Shown here piece by piece: positions 9,674-20,142 of a stretch of DNA of 64,000 nt. Numbering within the stretch: the first letter of the stretch is position 1; each line of letters starts with the position of its first letter. The notes beneath the pieces are model-generated. The model was not told the origin of the DNA. It did not search any database and worked only from the letters and a program-made list of their open reading frames with translations. The DNA is from an uncultured Chloroflexia bacterium (GTDB lineage Bacteria > Chloroflexota > Limnocylindria > Limnocylindrales > CSP1-4). Both the position numbers and the translations under genes were made by a program. Where the stretch lies: NCBI GenBank assembly GCA_963766675.1, contig CAVYBA010000002.1, positions 220,624-284,623 of the forward strand. Direction: 5' to 3'.

Positions 9674-9702
9674 TCCGGGTCCGAGTCGGTACTCGGTCCT
9701 GT

Positions 9703-10078
9703 GGGGATGTGTGGTTTCGACAGGGCTTGGCTATCGGGGAACGCGAGCCGAGGATGCTGCTCAGGCCTCGTTAATCAGGCAGCAAAACGAAGTACCTGGC
9801 AACCGCCAGTCGACTCTCGCCCTCGCTGCTTAGGCAGTAAGGTGAGCGTGGAAGCTACCTCCGCCTCGCGGGTAGTGGAAGCGTCATGCAGCGAGGCTGC
9901 GATCCGGATCAGTGTTGCGTAGTCCGGAGACAAGCCCGATCTAGGGGCACGTGACTGGACCGTCCGGCAGGGTGCCGATGCTCGTTCGGGCGGTCGACGA
10001 CAAAGCATCGGACACGCTCGTAGTGGTCCCCGGTGAAGGGTCCTGGACGGGGAGTTCGACTCTCCCCCATCTCCACCA
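9703..10078 (+). ncRNA. ssrA: Transfer-messenger RNA (tmRNA, SsrA)
   Basis: 5' GGGGAUGUGUGGUUUCGACAGGG and 3' ...GGACGGGGAGUUCGACUCUCCCCCAUCUCCACCA give a tRNA-Ala-like acceptor and T-arm ending in CCA. Internal tag ORF ...GGC AAC CGC CAG TCG ACT CTC GCC CTC GCT GCT TAG (GNRQSTLALAA*) has the canonical ALAA terminus. Confidence 0.92.
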
Positions 10079-10139
10079 ATCCATCTCCTGCGCGCCTCGA
10101 CGGCGCTGCTGCTGCCCGCAGCCGCCCAATGGGCGAGCA

Positions 10140-11189
10140 CTACCGCAGGGCCGCCAGACGCTCTTTCACATCCTCGAATTCCGGATCGCTGGCGTACACA
10201 CGCTCAAGGTCGTCGCGGGCACGCTTCTGTTGGCCGAGCTGCTCAAGGACGATGGCGCGGTCGTACCGGACGGCATTGAGGAGCTGAGCCTCGCGGTTAC
10301 TGGTCTTCGCCAGGGCCGCGGTGAATGTATCCAACGCCGCGGTCGGATGTTCCATTGCGAGGAAGGCCGCCCCGCGAAGATGCATCATCTCGACGCACGC
10401 GTCGGATTCGTTGACGACGCCTGCCGATGTCTCGATGACGGCCTCGTAATCGGCATCTGCGTACAGCAGGTCGCAAAGCGACAGCCGAACCAGCGGGTCG
10501 GGAAGGCTCTCATGGAGCTGCTGCAGCAATCCGATCGCGTCTTCGAGCCTGCCAGCTGCCTGGTAGAGCTCGGCCAGCGCAAGCGTGGCGGCGAGCTCGC
10601 CGAACGGTGGCGCAGCCTCGACGGAATCGGTGATCCGAACGACGAGCGTGAGCGACAAGCCCGGGGGCAGGAACTTGGCCTGATAGCGATCGGGCAGGCC
10701 ATTCGCCGACCTGACCACCGACTCGAGATGCCTGATGGCGCGGGGTGGGTCGCCGAGCGAGTTGGCGACGACGCCTGCAAAGAGACTTGCCGAGGCGGCA
10801 GTCGGATCGGTCGAGAGGAGCCATTCGAAGCTCTCGAGCGCCGCAGCGTAGTCGCCCGCAAGGTAGGCAATCAGGCCGCGGTGATAGGCGCGCTCGGCAA
10901 CGGACGCAAGAAGGCCCGGCTTCGGGATGAGCTCCATGGGGTCCACGGCTCGCACGGCCTGTCGACGGCTGGCAGCGCGAGCCGAGTTGCCGACACGGGA
11001 CCCGCCGCCCGACGACTGCTGGTAGTAGGTCCCCGTTCCCGGCAGACCCAGGCCGACGGTCTGCCGACCCGACGAGTGGACGCTGTAGCGGGCAACCTTG
11101 CCGCCAGCGGTGACGCCGAACCCCGTTTTGGTGATGTTGAGGCGCGCGCCGGGCGCGAGCTTGATGCTCCGTCGGAATCGGACTCCCAC
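10140..11189 (-). CDS. DUF4236 domain / TPR-repeat protein
   Basis: N-terminus RFRRSIKLAPGARLNITKTGFGVTAGGKVARYSV...GLGLPGTG matches DUF4236. The remaining ~260 aa are tetratricopeptide repeats. Confidence 0.7.
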   Translation of the reverse strand: MGVRFRRSIKLAPGARLNITKTGFGVTAGGKVARYSVHSSGRQTVGLGLPGTGTYYQQSSGGGSRVGNSARAASRRQAVRAVDPMELIPKPGLLASVAERAYHRGLIAYLAGDYAAALESFEWLLSTDPTAASASLFAGVVANSLGDPPRAIRHLESVVRSANGLPDRYQAKFLPPGLSLTLVVRITDSVEAAPPFGELAATLALAELYQAAGRLEDAIGLLQQLHESLPDPLVRLSLCDLLYADADYEAVIETSAGVVNESDACVEMMHLRGAAFLAMEHPTAALDTFTAALAKTSNREAQLLNAVRYDRAIVLEQLGQQKRARDDLERVYASDPEFEDVKERLAALR

Positions 11190-11306
11190 AGCCGCAGGAT
11201 ACGCTCCCGAATCAGCGGAGCGAGGTCAGCCTGGCAGTCACACGGATCGACCCGGTAGCGTCGGCTTCACCCCTCGACAAATGTCGACGTCGAGGAGGCT
11301 CAAGCT

Positions 11307-11612
11307 GTGGTGGCCCATCGCGAGCGCGCGCCGCTGCGCGTCGGCGACAAGTTCGAGATGATCGACGCTGATCAGACGGCCACCGACATAGAGGCGATGG
11401 CGACGGCGATGGTGACGATCCCGACCCCGGAGATCCTCTGGCGGAGGCTGAAGCCGCCCGTTCACGCACGCCCTCTCCGCCCTCCCAGGGAGGACACTCG
11501 GTCGCTTCGACACGTGGCCCGAGGTCGCCGTTCTGAGATCCCGGCTGGGAGGCTGCATAGCGAGGCACGCCGGCCGCATCCGGAGGCGGCCGGCGGATCA
11601 TCCGTGCGATGA
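11307..11612 (+). CDS. Hypothetical small protein (possibly shorter or frameshifted)
   Basis: The first ~55 codons have strong GC3 bias (MVAHRERAPLRVGDKFEMIDADQTATDIEAMATAMVTIPTPEILW). The 3' half looks non-coding. Stop overlaps the next start (ATGA). Confidence 0.2.
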   Translation: MVAHRERAPLRVGDKFEMIDADQTATDIEAMATAMVTIPTPEILWRRLKPPVHARPLRPPREDTRSLRHVARGRRSEIPAGRLHSEARRPHPEAAGGSSVR

Positions 11613-12223
11613 ACACCCACGCCTGGGTCGAGCTCGGCAGCCTCGCGGCCGTGGGCCTGGCCGGGCTCGCCGCTCTCCTCGTCATCGCGCTGCACCTGGT
11701 GCGGACCGCGGTCGATCCGTGGCGGGACGGCGTCAGCGGCTATGCGCTGACCCGGTTCGGCGTCGGGTATCGCGTTCAGGCGGTGGCAACCGGCGCAGCT
11801 GGCCTGCTGCTGGCGTTCGCGGTGCTCGTCGGTGGGCTCGGTTCGGTCGGCGGCGTGGCCGCTCTGGTCGTCTTCGCGATCGCGCGAATCCTGATCGCTC
11901 GATATCCGACGGACCCTCGGGGGACCGCGACATTGTCACGGGCCGGGCGGATTCACGTGCTGCTTGCCGCGACGACGTTCGTCGCAATCGCGATTGCGGG
12001 CCCACGGATCTCGATGACCCTGGCGGACAGCGCCGATTGGCACGGCCCCACGAACGTCGTCGTGGGCCTCGGCTGGGCCACGACCCTGTTCGCCGTGGGG
12101 ACCTTTGCGTCCACCACGTTGCCGGCCACGCGGCGGTTCTTCGGACTGGTCGAGCGCGGTGCGTACGCCGCCTGGCTGTGCTGGATCGTGATCGCGGGTC
12201 TGGGCCTAAGCGGCCGGATCTGA
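11609..12223 (+). CDS. DUF998-like integral membrane protein
   Basis: Six predicted TM helices with WR/GY-rich short loops. No catalytic motifs. Confidence 0.55.
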   Translation: MNTHAWVELGSLAAVGLAGLAALLVIALHLVRTAVDPWRDGVSGYALTRFGVGYRVQAVATGAAGLLLAFAVLVGGLGSVGGVAALVVFAIARILIARYPTDPRGTATLSRAGRIHVLLAATTFVAIAIAGPRISMTLADSADWHGPTNVVVGLGWATTLFAVGTFASTTLPATRRFFGLVERGAYAAWLCWIVIAGLGLSGRI

Positions 12224-12248
12224 CGTCCGTCGACGAACCAGGGATCGG

Positions 12249-15059
12249 CTAGGTCGTCGGCAGCGTCGCGAGGAGAAGCGCTCCTCGCTCCTCGAACTCG
12301 AAACCGGCGTCGGCGAGCAGCGTGCGCATTGCCCGGTTCTCCGGCGAGAGGCGGGCGACGATCTCGCTGGCGTGCTCGGCCCGGGCCACGGTGATCGCCG
12401 AGGTGAGCAGCTCGCGGCCGATCCCGCGGCGCTGCCAGGCGTCTGCCACGACGAGCGACAGCTCCATCGCCTCGGTGGCGTGGATCCGCGACAGCCGGAC
12501 GACCGCGGCGACTGCCGGGCCATCCTCCTCCGGCGCCTCGGCGACGAGCGCGATCTCGCGGTCGTAGTCGACGAAGCAGATCCGGGTGAGGCGCTCGTGC
12601 GCCGTCCGTTCGGCAAGGGCGAGGTCCGTGCCGTAGCGAGCGCGGACGGTCGCCTCGGACAATGTCCCGTGGAACCGAGCCAACAACGGTTCGTCCTCGG
12701 GCCGGATGGGCCGGATGACGATGGGTGTTCCGTTATCGTCGTGGATGTCGCGAAGGTACGCGTGCGGGTACGGCCGGATCGCCAGTCGTGGCAGGTCGCG
12801 CGCCGGCACATCCGCCGGGTGGAGGACGACCCGGGCATCGAGGGCGATGATCCGCTCCGGCGAGGCGAGCAGCGGGTTGATGTCGATCTCGGCGATGCGC
12901 GGCTGCTCGGCGACGAGCTCGCTGAAGCGGACGAGGAGCGCAGCGAGGACATCCAGGTCGACCGGCTTGCGGCCGCGGACCCCCCGGAGAGCCTTGGCGA
13001 TGGTCGTCTGCTCGATCAGCCGCTTGGCCAGGGTGGTGTTGAGCGGCGGGAGCGCCAGGGCGCGGTCGCGGAAGACCTCGACCAGCTGGCCGCCCATCCC
13101 GAACAGGAGGACCGGGCCGAACTGCGGGTCGGGGCTGCTGCCCACGATCAGCTCGTAGCCGGACCAGTTGATCATCGGCTGGATGGTCACGCCCTCGAAG
13201 TGCTCGGCACCGGCTTTCCGAGTGACCGAGTCGCGGATCCGGTCGAAGGCCTCGCGAACCGCCTCGGGCGTGCGCAGGTTGAGACACACGCCCCCGACGT
13301 CGGTCTTGTGGGTGATCGTCCGGCTGAGCAGCTTGGCGACCACCGGGTAGCCCATCTCGCCGGCGGCGATGACCGCCTCGTCGGCCGTCTGCGCAAGCTC
13401 GGTGTCGGTGATCGGGATGCCGTACGCGGCGAGGACCTTCTTGCTCTCGAACTCGGTCAGGAGCGTGCGGCCCTCGGCGGTGACCTCGGCGATGATGTCA
13501 TCGACGCCTTCGCGGAACTCGCCGCGCTCCGGGGCGATCGGCAGCGCAGGCGTCTCGTACAGCGAGCGGAGGTTGTTCGCGTAGCGCCACAGGTGATTGA
13601 ACAGGACGCACGCAGTGTCGGGGTAGGCGAACGTCGGGATTCCGGCCTCGCGCAGGATCGCGGAACCTTCGAGCACGTCGGTGCCGCCCATCCAGGAAGC
13701 GAGCACCGGCTTGCCCGGGATCCTGGCGTAGACCGCCAGCGCCTTCGCGGTGGCGGTCGGATCGGTCATGGCCTGCGGGGTGAGGATGACGAGCAGCCCG
13801 TCGGTGTCCGGGTCGGCTGCCGCGATCTCGAGCGCCTTGGCGTAGCGGTCCGGCGGGGCGTCGCCGATGATGTCGATGGGGTTGTTGTGGCTCCAGACCG
13901 CCGGCAGGACGCCGTTGAGGCGCTCCATGGTGTCAGGAGTCAGGTTGGTCAGCTCGCCGCCGCCGGTGATCAGGGCGTCGGTGGCGATCACCCCGGGGCC
14001 GCCGGCGTTGGTCACGATCGACAGGCGTCGCCCGGCGGGGCGCGGCTGCTTGGCCAGGATCTCCGAGACCATGAACAGCTCGCTGATCGAATCGACGCGC
14101 AGCACGCCGGCCCGCCGGAACGCGGCGTCGAGGACGTCGTCCGAGCCGGTGAGCGAACCCGTGTGCGAGGCGGCAGCCTTGGCGGCCTGTGCCGTGCGCC
14201 CGGGCTTGATCACGATGATCGGCTTGGTCAGCGCGACCGCACGAGCTGCGGACAGGAACGACCGTGCGTCGCCGATCGTCTCCATGTAGATCACGATCGA
14301 GTCGGTGTTCGGGTCGTCGCCGAGGTAGTCGATGACATCGCCCCAGCCGACGTCCAGCATCGAACCGAGCGACACGATCGAGCTGAAGCCGACGTTCTCC
14401 ATCGCCGCCCAGTCGAGGATGGCGGTCAGCAGCGCGCCCGACTGCGAGATGAACCCGACGCGACCCGGCTTGGCGATCTCGACCGCGAAGGTCGCGTTCA
14501 TCGCGCCGACCGGGTTCATGATTCCGAGGCAGTTCGGGCCGATCACCCGGATGCCGTAGCGGCGGGCAGTCTCGAGGACCTGGCGTTCGAGCTCCACGCC
14601 CTCCGGGCCGACCTCCTTGAACCCGGCGCTGATGATCACCACGCCCTTGACGCCCGCCTGGCCGCACTCCTCCATGAGACCCGGCGCCGACTTCGCGGGG
14701 GTCACGATGACCGCCAGGTCGACCGGCTCGCCGATGGCGCCGATCGAGCCGTACGCCTTGACGCCGAGGATCGCAGGACGCGTCGGGTTGACCGGGTAGA
14801 CGGTGCCGCCGAACGGGGAGGAGAGGAGGTTCCACAGGATCGTCCGCCCGACCGACCCTTCCTTCTCCGTCGCTCCGATGACCGCGATAGACCGCGGGTG
14901 GAAGAACGCATCGAGCGGATGGCGCTCGACGTGGAGGAAATCCGAAGACGGGTCGGGGGCCAGTGCGGGGGCGGGCGGGGTCATCACGGCGGTCATCGTG
15001 GGAGCCTCGAGTTCGATTGGCAAGTCGGTCGGCGGGATAGTCCCACCCTCGCCTACCAC
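12249..15059 (-). CDS. Pat-type protein acetyltransferase: NDP-forming acyl-CoA synthetase-like domains (CoA-binding, succinyl-CoA-synthetase-like, ATP-grasp) fused to a C-terminal GNAT
   Basis: 936 aa. N-terminus [17 protein letters not shown]...PVNP is a CoA-binding domain. The middle has an ATP-grasp ([12 protein letters not shown]...). The C-terminal GNAT carries the acetyl-CoA motif [10 protein letters not shown]. Confidence 0.8.
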   Translation of the reverse strand: MVGEGGTIPPTDLPIELEAPTMTAVMTPPAPALAPDPSSDFLHVERHPLDAFFHPRSIAVIGATEKEGSVGRTILWNLLSSPFGGTVYPVNPTRPAILGVKAYGSIGAIGEPVDLAVIVTPAKSAPGLMEECGQAGVKGVVIISAGFKEVGPEGVELERQVLETARRYGIRVIGPNCLGIMNPVGAMNATFAVEIAKPGRVGFISQSGALLTAILDWAAMENVGFSSIVSLGSMLDVGWGDVIDYLGDDPNTDSIVIYMETIGDARSFLSAARAVALTKPIIVIKPGRTAQAAKAAASHTGSLTGSDDVLDAAFRRAGVLRVDSISELFMVSEILAKQPRPAGRRLSIVTNAGGPGVIATDALITGGGELTNLTPDTMERLNGVLPAVWSHNNPIDIIGDAPPDRYAKALEIAAADPDTDGLLVILTPQAMTDPTATAKALAVYARIPGKPVLASWMGGTDVLEGSAILREAGIPTFAYPDTACVLFNHLWRYANNLRSLYETPALPIAPERGEFREGVDDIIAEVTAEGRTLLTEFESKKVLAAYGIPITDTELAQTADEAVIAAGEMGYPVVAKLLSRTITHKTDVGGVCLNLRTPEAVREAFDRIRDSVTRKAGAEHFEGVTIQPMINWSGYELIVGSSPDPQFGPVLLFGMGGQLVEVFRDRALALPPLNTTLAKRLIEQTTIAKALRGVRGRKPVDLDVLAALLVRFSELVAEQPRIAEIDINPLLASPERIIALDARVVLHPADVPARDLPRLAIRPYPHAYLRDIHDDNGTPIVIRPIRPEDEPLLARFHGTLSEATVRARYGTDLALAERTAHERLTRICFVDYDREIALVAEAPEEDGPAVAAVVRLSRIHATEAMELSLVVADAWQRRGIGRELLTSAITVARAEHASEIVARLSPENRAMRTLLADAGFEFEERGALLLATLPTT

Positions 15060-15117
15060 GCTCGATCCCGCAAGGGCTGGGTGGCCGGGCAGACGGGCCG
15101 TTTGGCCCAGATTTGGC

Positions 15118-15888
15118 CTACCCGACGGTCGGCCGGATCGTCCAATAGTGCTCGGCGCGGATCGCCTCCGTCGGGAATCCGAGGTTGGCGAGCCGGGATC
15201 CCACGGCCTCGATCATGGCCGGATTGCCACACACGTACGCAACCGCCGAGGTCGACTCGACGCCGGCATCGGCAACGATCCGCGCGACAAGTCCGTCGAG
15301 CCGGCCCGTCTCCCCCTGCCAGCTGCCGTTGGCCGGATCTGACGGGCGCGAGATTGCGGGCTGGTAGACGATCCTCGCGTCGCGCGACAGGCGCTCGAGC
15401 TCGTCGCGATAGGCGAGCTCCGGCGACGTGGCCACCCCGTGGACCACGATCGGCGCCTGGTCGCGGCCGGTTCCGATCGTCGTTGACGGACCTCGTTCCA
15501 GGAGTGCCGCGAGCATCGATCGAAGGGGCGCGATCCCGGTCCCGGTTGCCAGGAAGAGGTGCCGTCGCGGGTCGCCCTCGTCCAGCGTGAAGAGGCCCTT
15601 CGGCGAACCGATCCTGACCCGGTCACCCGGTCGAAGCCGCCACAGGTGAGGGGTCAGCAGTCCATCGGGAACGAGCCGGACTAGGAACTCCAGCTCGTCC
15701 CGCTCGTCCGGCGGTGACGCCACCGAGTACGGCCGCTGGACGAGCCGTCCGTCGACCGGCAGGCCGATCGCGAGGTACTGGCCGGACCGGAACATCGGAG
15801 GGCCGGCATCGGGGCGGATCCTGAGGCGGGCGATGGCCGGCGTCAGGTCCACGCGTTCGACGAGCGTCGCGTTGGCCTCGCTGGCCAT
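15118..15888 (-). CDS. Ferredoxin-NADP(+) reductase-type FAD/NAD(P)-binding oxidoreductase
   Basis: RPYSVAS FAD-binding motif, [19 protein letters not shown]-binding motif, C-terminal AYVCGNPAM. The real start is [17 protein letters not shown] at 15888. The ORF-track extension to 16563 is not coding. Confidence 0.8.
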   Translation of the reverse strand: MASEANATLVERVDLTPAIARLRIRPDAGPPMFRSGQYLAIGLPVDGRLVQRPYSVASPPDERDELEFLVRLVPDGLLTPHLWRLRPGDRVRIGSPKGLFTLDEGDPRRHLFLATGTGIAPLRSMLAALLERGPSTTIGTGRDQAPIVVHGVATSPELAYRDELERLSRDARIVYQPAISRPSDPANGSWQGETGRLDGLVARIVADAGVESTSAVAYVCGNPAMIEAVGSRLANLGFPTEAIRAEHYWTIRPTVG

Positions 15889-15966
15889 CGCCGGGCGGGC
15901 GGGCGAGGGATGGACGGGCGCCGCCACCAGGCGCCGAGCCACCGCCGGGGCAACGGATGCCACCTC

Positions 15967-16256
15967 AGGCGGCCGGCACGAGCTCGTCGACCACGCCGCG
16001 GGCAGCGGTGGGGTCGGAGAACCAGGTCGCATCGATCCACGCGAAGTCCGTCCAGGACGTCGGGAGCGAGTCGGCCCGGAAGATCGCGCTGTTCGGGACA
16101 CGCGCTTTCGCACGAGCCGCAGTCGATGCACGCATCGGGGTCGATGTACAGCTTCCTGTCGGCGGACAGGTCGCCGTAGATGCAATCGACCGGACAGACC
16201 TGGACGCACGACTGGTCGGTATGGTCGACGCACGGCGCCGCGATCACGAAGGCCAT
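15967..16256 (-). pseudogene. fdxA: 7Fe ferredoxin (FdxA-like) interrupted by a 1-nt frameshift near 16090-16100
   Basis: MAFVIAAPCVDHTDQSCVQVCPVDCIYGD...LYIDPDACIDCGSCESACPE, then a switch to the +1 frame gives AIFRADSLPTSWTDFAWIDATWF...stop at 15967-15969. The unshifted frame runs into FNR as Arg-rich nonsense. Confidence 0.7.
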
Positions 16257-16399
16257 GACGGGTCACCTCCTGGCTGGGCCGGGCCCGGCGGCTCGGCATG
16301 GAAGCGATGCTCGGGCCGGCGGGTGTGGTGGCCGTGTGACGTCGATGTGCGTTCGCACATCTCCGGCCGGCGCGGCGGCCGCCGGGTCCGGCGATCGGG

Positions 16400-17677
16400 C
16401 TAGTCCCCGGGCTCCGACGCCGGGAGCGACACCGTGAAACGGGCCCCGTGGCCACCCACCTGGCTGACGTCGATCGAGCCACCGTGCGCGAGCACGATGC
16501 GGCGCGCGATGGACAGTCCGAGGCCCGTGCCACCTCGTCGCCGACGCCGGCCGGACGATCCACTCGAGAACGGCTCGAAGATCGCCTCGCGCTCGTCGAC
16601 GGCGACGCCCGGTCCGGCGTCGTCCACGGTCGTCACGATGCGACCGTCCACCCGCCGAACGGTCGCGGTGACGGTGCTTCCGGCCGGGCCGTGATCGATC
16701 GCGTTGTCCAGCAGGACGAGCAGCACCTGGGTGAACCGCGCCCGGTCGACCTGGGCGATGGCTGGGCCCGGCGCGTCGGCCGCCAGTCGCAGGTCATGCT
16801 GCGCGGCCAGCGCGCCGGCCCCCCGGAGCGTGCCTCGGACGAGCTCGGCGACGTCGAGCGTCTCGGTCTGGAGGACGAGACCGGTGGCGCTGGAGGAGGC
16901 CATGGCGAGCAGGTCATCCACGAGCGAGGCGAGGCGGTCGCTCTCACCGATGATGTCGCCGAGCAGGGGCTGGCCTTCCTCGCTGACGAGCCCTTCGCGG
17001 TCGAGCACCTCGGCGTTCGCCCGGATGAGCGCGGCCGGCGTCCGCAGCTCATGCGAGGCGTCCGCCACGAACCGGGCCTGCGCCTCGAACGTGCGCCGGA
17101 TGGGGATCAGCGACCGGCCGGTCACGACGAGCGTCACGAATGCAGCGCCGATCAGCCCGGCCAGGGCGACCACGGCCACTGCCGCGACCAGGCTCGCCGA
17201 TTGTCGGTCATGGAGGTCGAGCACGAACCCGCCCTGGACGTAGCCGATGACGGCCCCGTCGTGCGTGACGGGCATGGTCAGGAGCCGAACTGAGAGCCCG
17301 TCGGCCGTGACGGTGCGCAGGTCCTCGCCCGTCGCCGGGAGGGCGGACGTGACGGGCAGCCCGACGAGGCGGACCCGCGATGGATTGGAGACCACGGTCC
17401 CTTGCCCATCGAGCACGAGGAGGAACGTGTCGGCCGCAGCGGGCAGGCTCTCGTCGGACTCGGATTCGGTCCGTTGCGGCAGCTCGCCGTCGAGGCCCGA
17501 AACGGCCCCCGCCACGGACGATCGGAGGGCCTGGTCGACGTCGCCATCGAGCGCCTGGAGGCCCACGATCGCCGTCGCGGCCCCGATCGCGGCCACGAGC
17601 AGGAACAGGAGCGCGAGCGTGGTTGCGAATGTCCGCCGCCTGGTGGCGGCGATCAGGCGGTCGGTCGGACTGGCCAT
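16400..17677 (-). CDS. Sensor histidine kinase (two TM, HAMP, HisKA, HATPase_c)
   Basis: H-box ASHELRTPAAL. N/G boxes DDAGPGVAVDEREAIFEPF and GGTGLGLSIARRIV. Confidence 0.85.
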   Translation of the reverse strand: MASPTDRLIAATRRRTFATTLALLFLLVAAIGAATAIVGLQALDGDVDQALRSSVAGAVSGLDGELPQRTESESDESLPAAADTFLLVLDGQGTVVSNPSRVRLVGLPVTSALPATGEDLRTVTADGLSVRLLTMPVTHDGAVIGYVQGGFVLDLHDRQSASLVAAVAVVALAGLIGAAFVTLVVTGRSLIPIRRTFEAQARFVADASHELRTPAALIRANAEVLDREGLVSEEGQPLLGDIIGESDRLASLVDDLLAMASSSATGLVLQTETLDVAELVRGTLRGAGALAAQHDLRLAADAPGPAIAQVDRARFTQVLLVLLDNAIDHGPAGSTVTATVRRVDGRIVTTVDDAGPGVAVDEREAIFEPFSSGSSGRRRRRGGTGLGLSIARRIVLAHGGSIDVSQVGGHGARFTVSLPASEPGD

Positions 17678-17680
17678 GGC

Positions 17681-18356
17681 TCAGGTGTCGGACCGCAGCG
17701 TGTAGCCGACCCCACGGATGGTCCTGAGCCGGTCGGCTCGGCCCAGCTCGCCCAGCTTGCGGCGCAGGTAATGGACGTACAGGTCGACCACGTTCGAGTA
17801 GACGTCGGGGTCGGCGCCCCACACCGCATCGAGAATCTGCTGGCGGGTCAGGACCTGGCCGGCGTGCCGGATGAGGTAGCCCAGCAAGGCGAACTCGCGG
17901 GCGGACAGGTCGACCGATACGGTCGCCGACCTGCGCGGCGTGGCGGAGCTCGTCGAGTCCGAGATCGCCGGCGGCGAGCGGCGCAGACGCCATCGCGGGC
18001 GCGCGACGGCCGAGCGCCCGGACGCGGGCCAGCAGCTCGGAGAACGCGAACGGCTTGGCCAGGTAGTCGTCGGCGCCGGCGTCGAGCCCACCGACCCGGT
18101 CGTCGACGGAGCCGAGCGCGGTGAGCATCAGGACCGGTGTCGTCATCCCCTTGGCACGGAGGAGGCGCAGCACGGCGATTCCGTCCAGATCGGGAAGCAT
18201 GCGATCGAGGACGATCACGTCGTGCGGGCCGCGTTCGGCCAGGGCGATGGCCGAGACGGCGTCGGGCGCGCTATCCACGACGTGCCGCTCGGCGACCAGG
18301 ACGCGGCGGATGAGCGCCGCCATCTTCGGTTCGTCCTCGACCAACAGGATCCGCAT
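17681..18356 (-). pseudogene. OmpR-family response regulator split by a 1-nt frameshift (~17914)
   Basis: Receiver domain MRILLVEDEP...VLDRMLPDLDG...LMLTALG..DDYLAKPF is in one frame. The winged-helix VSVDLSAREFALLGYLIRHAGQVLTRQQILDAVWG...RTIRGVGYTLR is in the adjacent frame. The junction shows an extra G (gaccgtatcGgtcgac). Confidence 0.75.
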
Positions 18357-18418
18357 GACGCCATGGTGCGGCCGAGGTCCGCCGGCCGGAAGGGGCAATC
18401 GGCCTTTGTTGGCGGATT

Positions 18419-18441
18419 CACATCTTGCGCACATCGAGCAC
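18419..18441 (+). promoter_or_regulatory. Direct repeats CACATC-N5-CACATC(-N3-CAC) in the regulator/small-ORF intergenic region
   Basis: Two hexamers 11 bp apart (one helical turn), typical of OmpR-family binding sites. Located between the divergent RR start and the small secreted protein/apbE operon. Confidence 0.3.
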
Positions 18442-18498
18442 GCGCGCGCCGCGATCGACACTGCCGACAAACACCCATCCCGCATCGGAGTACTCGAG

Positions 18499-18792
18499 AT
18501 GATCCATCGCGTCGGCCTCTTCATCGCCTCGCTCGCGGCCGCCGGCACGCTTGTGGCCGCCCTCAGCCTGGCCGGCTTTGCGCCAGGCCGCGGCCCGGCC
18601 TCCGACACCGCCGCTGCCGCGGTCGGCCAGGCTCCCGCGGCCGTGGGCATCCAGCCCGACCCACAGGTCCAGGTCGACACGATGTACCTCGCGGCTCCGG
18701 AGAAGCCAGCCGACGTCACCGTCCATCACGTCATTCCGGCCACGACCTCGGGCGAGGGTGAGGGCCACGAGCACGAAGGCGGCGGCGACTGA
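18499..18792 (+). CDS. Small secreted protein with His/Glu/Gly-rich C-terminus
   Basis: Signal-peptide-like N-terminus MIHRVGLFIASLAAAGTLVAALSLAGFAPG. C-terminus ...SGEGEGHEHEGGGD. Confidence 0.4.
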   Translation: MIHRVGLFIASLAAAGTLVAALSLAGFAPGRGPASDTAAAAVGQAPAAVGIQPDPQVQVDTMYLAAPEKPADVTVHHVIPATTSGEGEGHEHEGGGD

Positions 18793-18912
18793 TGAGCGAC
18801 CAGGATCCCGTCGCCCCGGTTCGGGCGCCCGACCCGCCGGCTCGCGTCGCCCATCCCAGGCCCGACTCCACGCCCGCGTCCCGATGGTCGACCGCGACCA
18901 GACCCGAACCCC

Positions 18913-19182
18913 ATGCGGTTCATGGCCGGGTTTGTCGGTCTTGCTTCGCTGAGCGCGATCGCGACCGGCCTGCTGCCGTCGGTGGTTCCGCCGAACGCAG
19001 GGCCCGTGACCACGACGACGATCGCCGCCGACCCGGCCGCGCAGCCGGTCCGGCACGTGACGCGCTACGTGCAGCTCAAGCCCGGCCAGACGGCACCTCC
19101 GCAGGCCGCGGTCGTGGCGGCGCCCAAGCCAACGCCTCGCGTGGTGGTCGTGACGACCACCCGACAGTCGGGCAAGCCATGA
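18913..19182 (+). CDS. Small secreted Pro/Thr/Val-rich protein
   Basis: Signal-peptide-like N-terminus. Stop overlaps the apbE start (ATGA). Good GC3 bias. Confidence 0.4.
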   Translation: MRFMAGFVGLASLSAIATGLLPSVVPPNAGPVTTTTIAADPAAQPVRHVTRYVQLKPGQTAPPQAAVVAAPKPTPRVVVVTTTRQSGKP

Positions 19183-20142
19183 CCTCTCCGGGCGCCGGTC
19201 GGGGCGCACGACCCGGGACAACGGGCGACTGGTTCAGCACGAGCGCCGCGCTGATGGGCGGCCTCGTCAGCGTCCACCTCCGCCCCGGTACGCAGCTGCC
19301 TCCGATCGCCGCCGCTCGAGCGTCGCGCCGCGTGCTGGCCCTGATCGCAACGTGGGCGGGCCGGTTGACCCGCTTCGACGGCTCCTCCGAGCTCTCCCGG
19401 CTAAACGCCGAGATGGCCGGACGCGTCGCCGTCGGCCCGACCCTCAGTGCGGTCCTCGACTGGGGCCGCGAGGCCGAGACGATCACCGACGGGGTGGTCG
19501 ACATCGGGCTGCTGGAGGCGCGGCTCGTGGCCGAGACCGGCGCCACGCCTCGGTTGCTGACGACGAGCCGGGCCAGCCGGAGCTGGTCGCTCGCGCGCCA
19601 TGGGCGCGGGTCCACGGTCGAACGGCCGGTGGGGCTGCGCTTCGACCTGGACGGCATTGCCAAGGGCTGGCTGGCCGATCGCGCGCTCGATCTCCTGCCC
19701 GGGGTGACGGCCGTCGTCGATGCCGACGGGGACGTCGCGGTGCGGGTCGTCGGCGACGACGCCTGCGCGATCGGCGTCGCCGATCCGCGCGAGTACGGGA
19801 GCCTGCTGGCGACCGTGCGCCTGACCGGGGGCGCCGGACCGGTCGCTCGGTACGGCATCGCCACGTCCGGCACCTCGGTCCATCGTTGGTCTCGCGCGGG
19901 TGGACCTCGCCACCATCTGATCGATCCAGGGACCGGACTGCCGGCCCGCACCGACGTCGATCCAGGCGACCGTGATCGCAGGCACGGCTCGGGTCGCCGA
20001 GGCGTTCGCGAAGACGGCGGTCATCGTCGGCTCCGAGGCGGCGGCGGTGCGCCTCGACCGCCGAGAGGTGCTGGGCCAGATCCTCGTCCCGGAGGACGGA
20101 GGCGTCCTCGTGACGCCGGCCACGATGGAGTTCCTGTCATGA
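19179..20142 (+). pseudogene. apbE: FAD:protein FMN transferase (ApbE family) with a frameshift near 19921-19960
   Basis: ApbE motifs SELSRLN, FDLDGIAKGWLAD, HHLIDPGTG. After ...PARTDV the conserved C-terminus (SIQATVIAGTARVAEAFAKTAVIVGSEAAAV...TPATMEFLS*) continues in the +1 frame. Its stop overlaps the next ATG. Confidence 0.75.

Noticed and set aside
10079-12250. Possible genomic island integrated at the tmRNA 3' end
   Set aside because: No integrase, recombinase or excisionase gene, and no direct repeat of the ssrA 3' end found by eye in the flanks. Gene content (TPR, DUF998, Pat) looks chromosomal and GC-typical.
15843-16256. 137-aa ferredoxin ORF overlapping the FNR gene by 46 nt
   Set aside because: The C-terminal 45 residues are Arg-rich nonsense. 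Shifting +1 after the second Cys cluster gives a canonical ferredoxin tail and a stop at 15967-15969 with a normal 78-nt spacer. Annotated instead as a frameshifted fdx.
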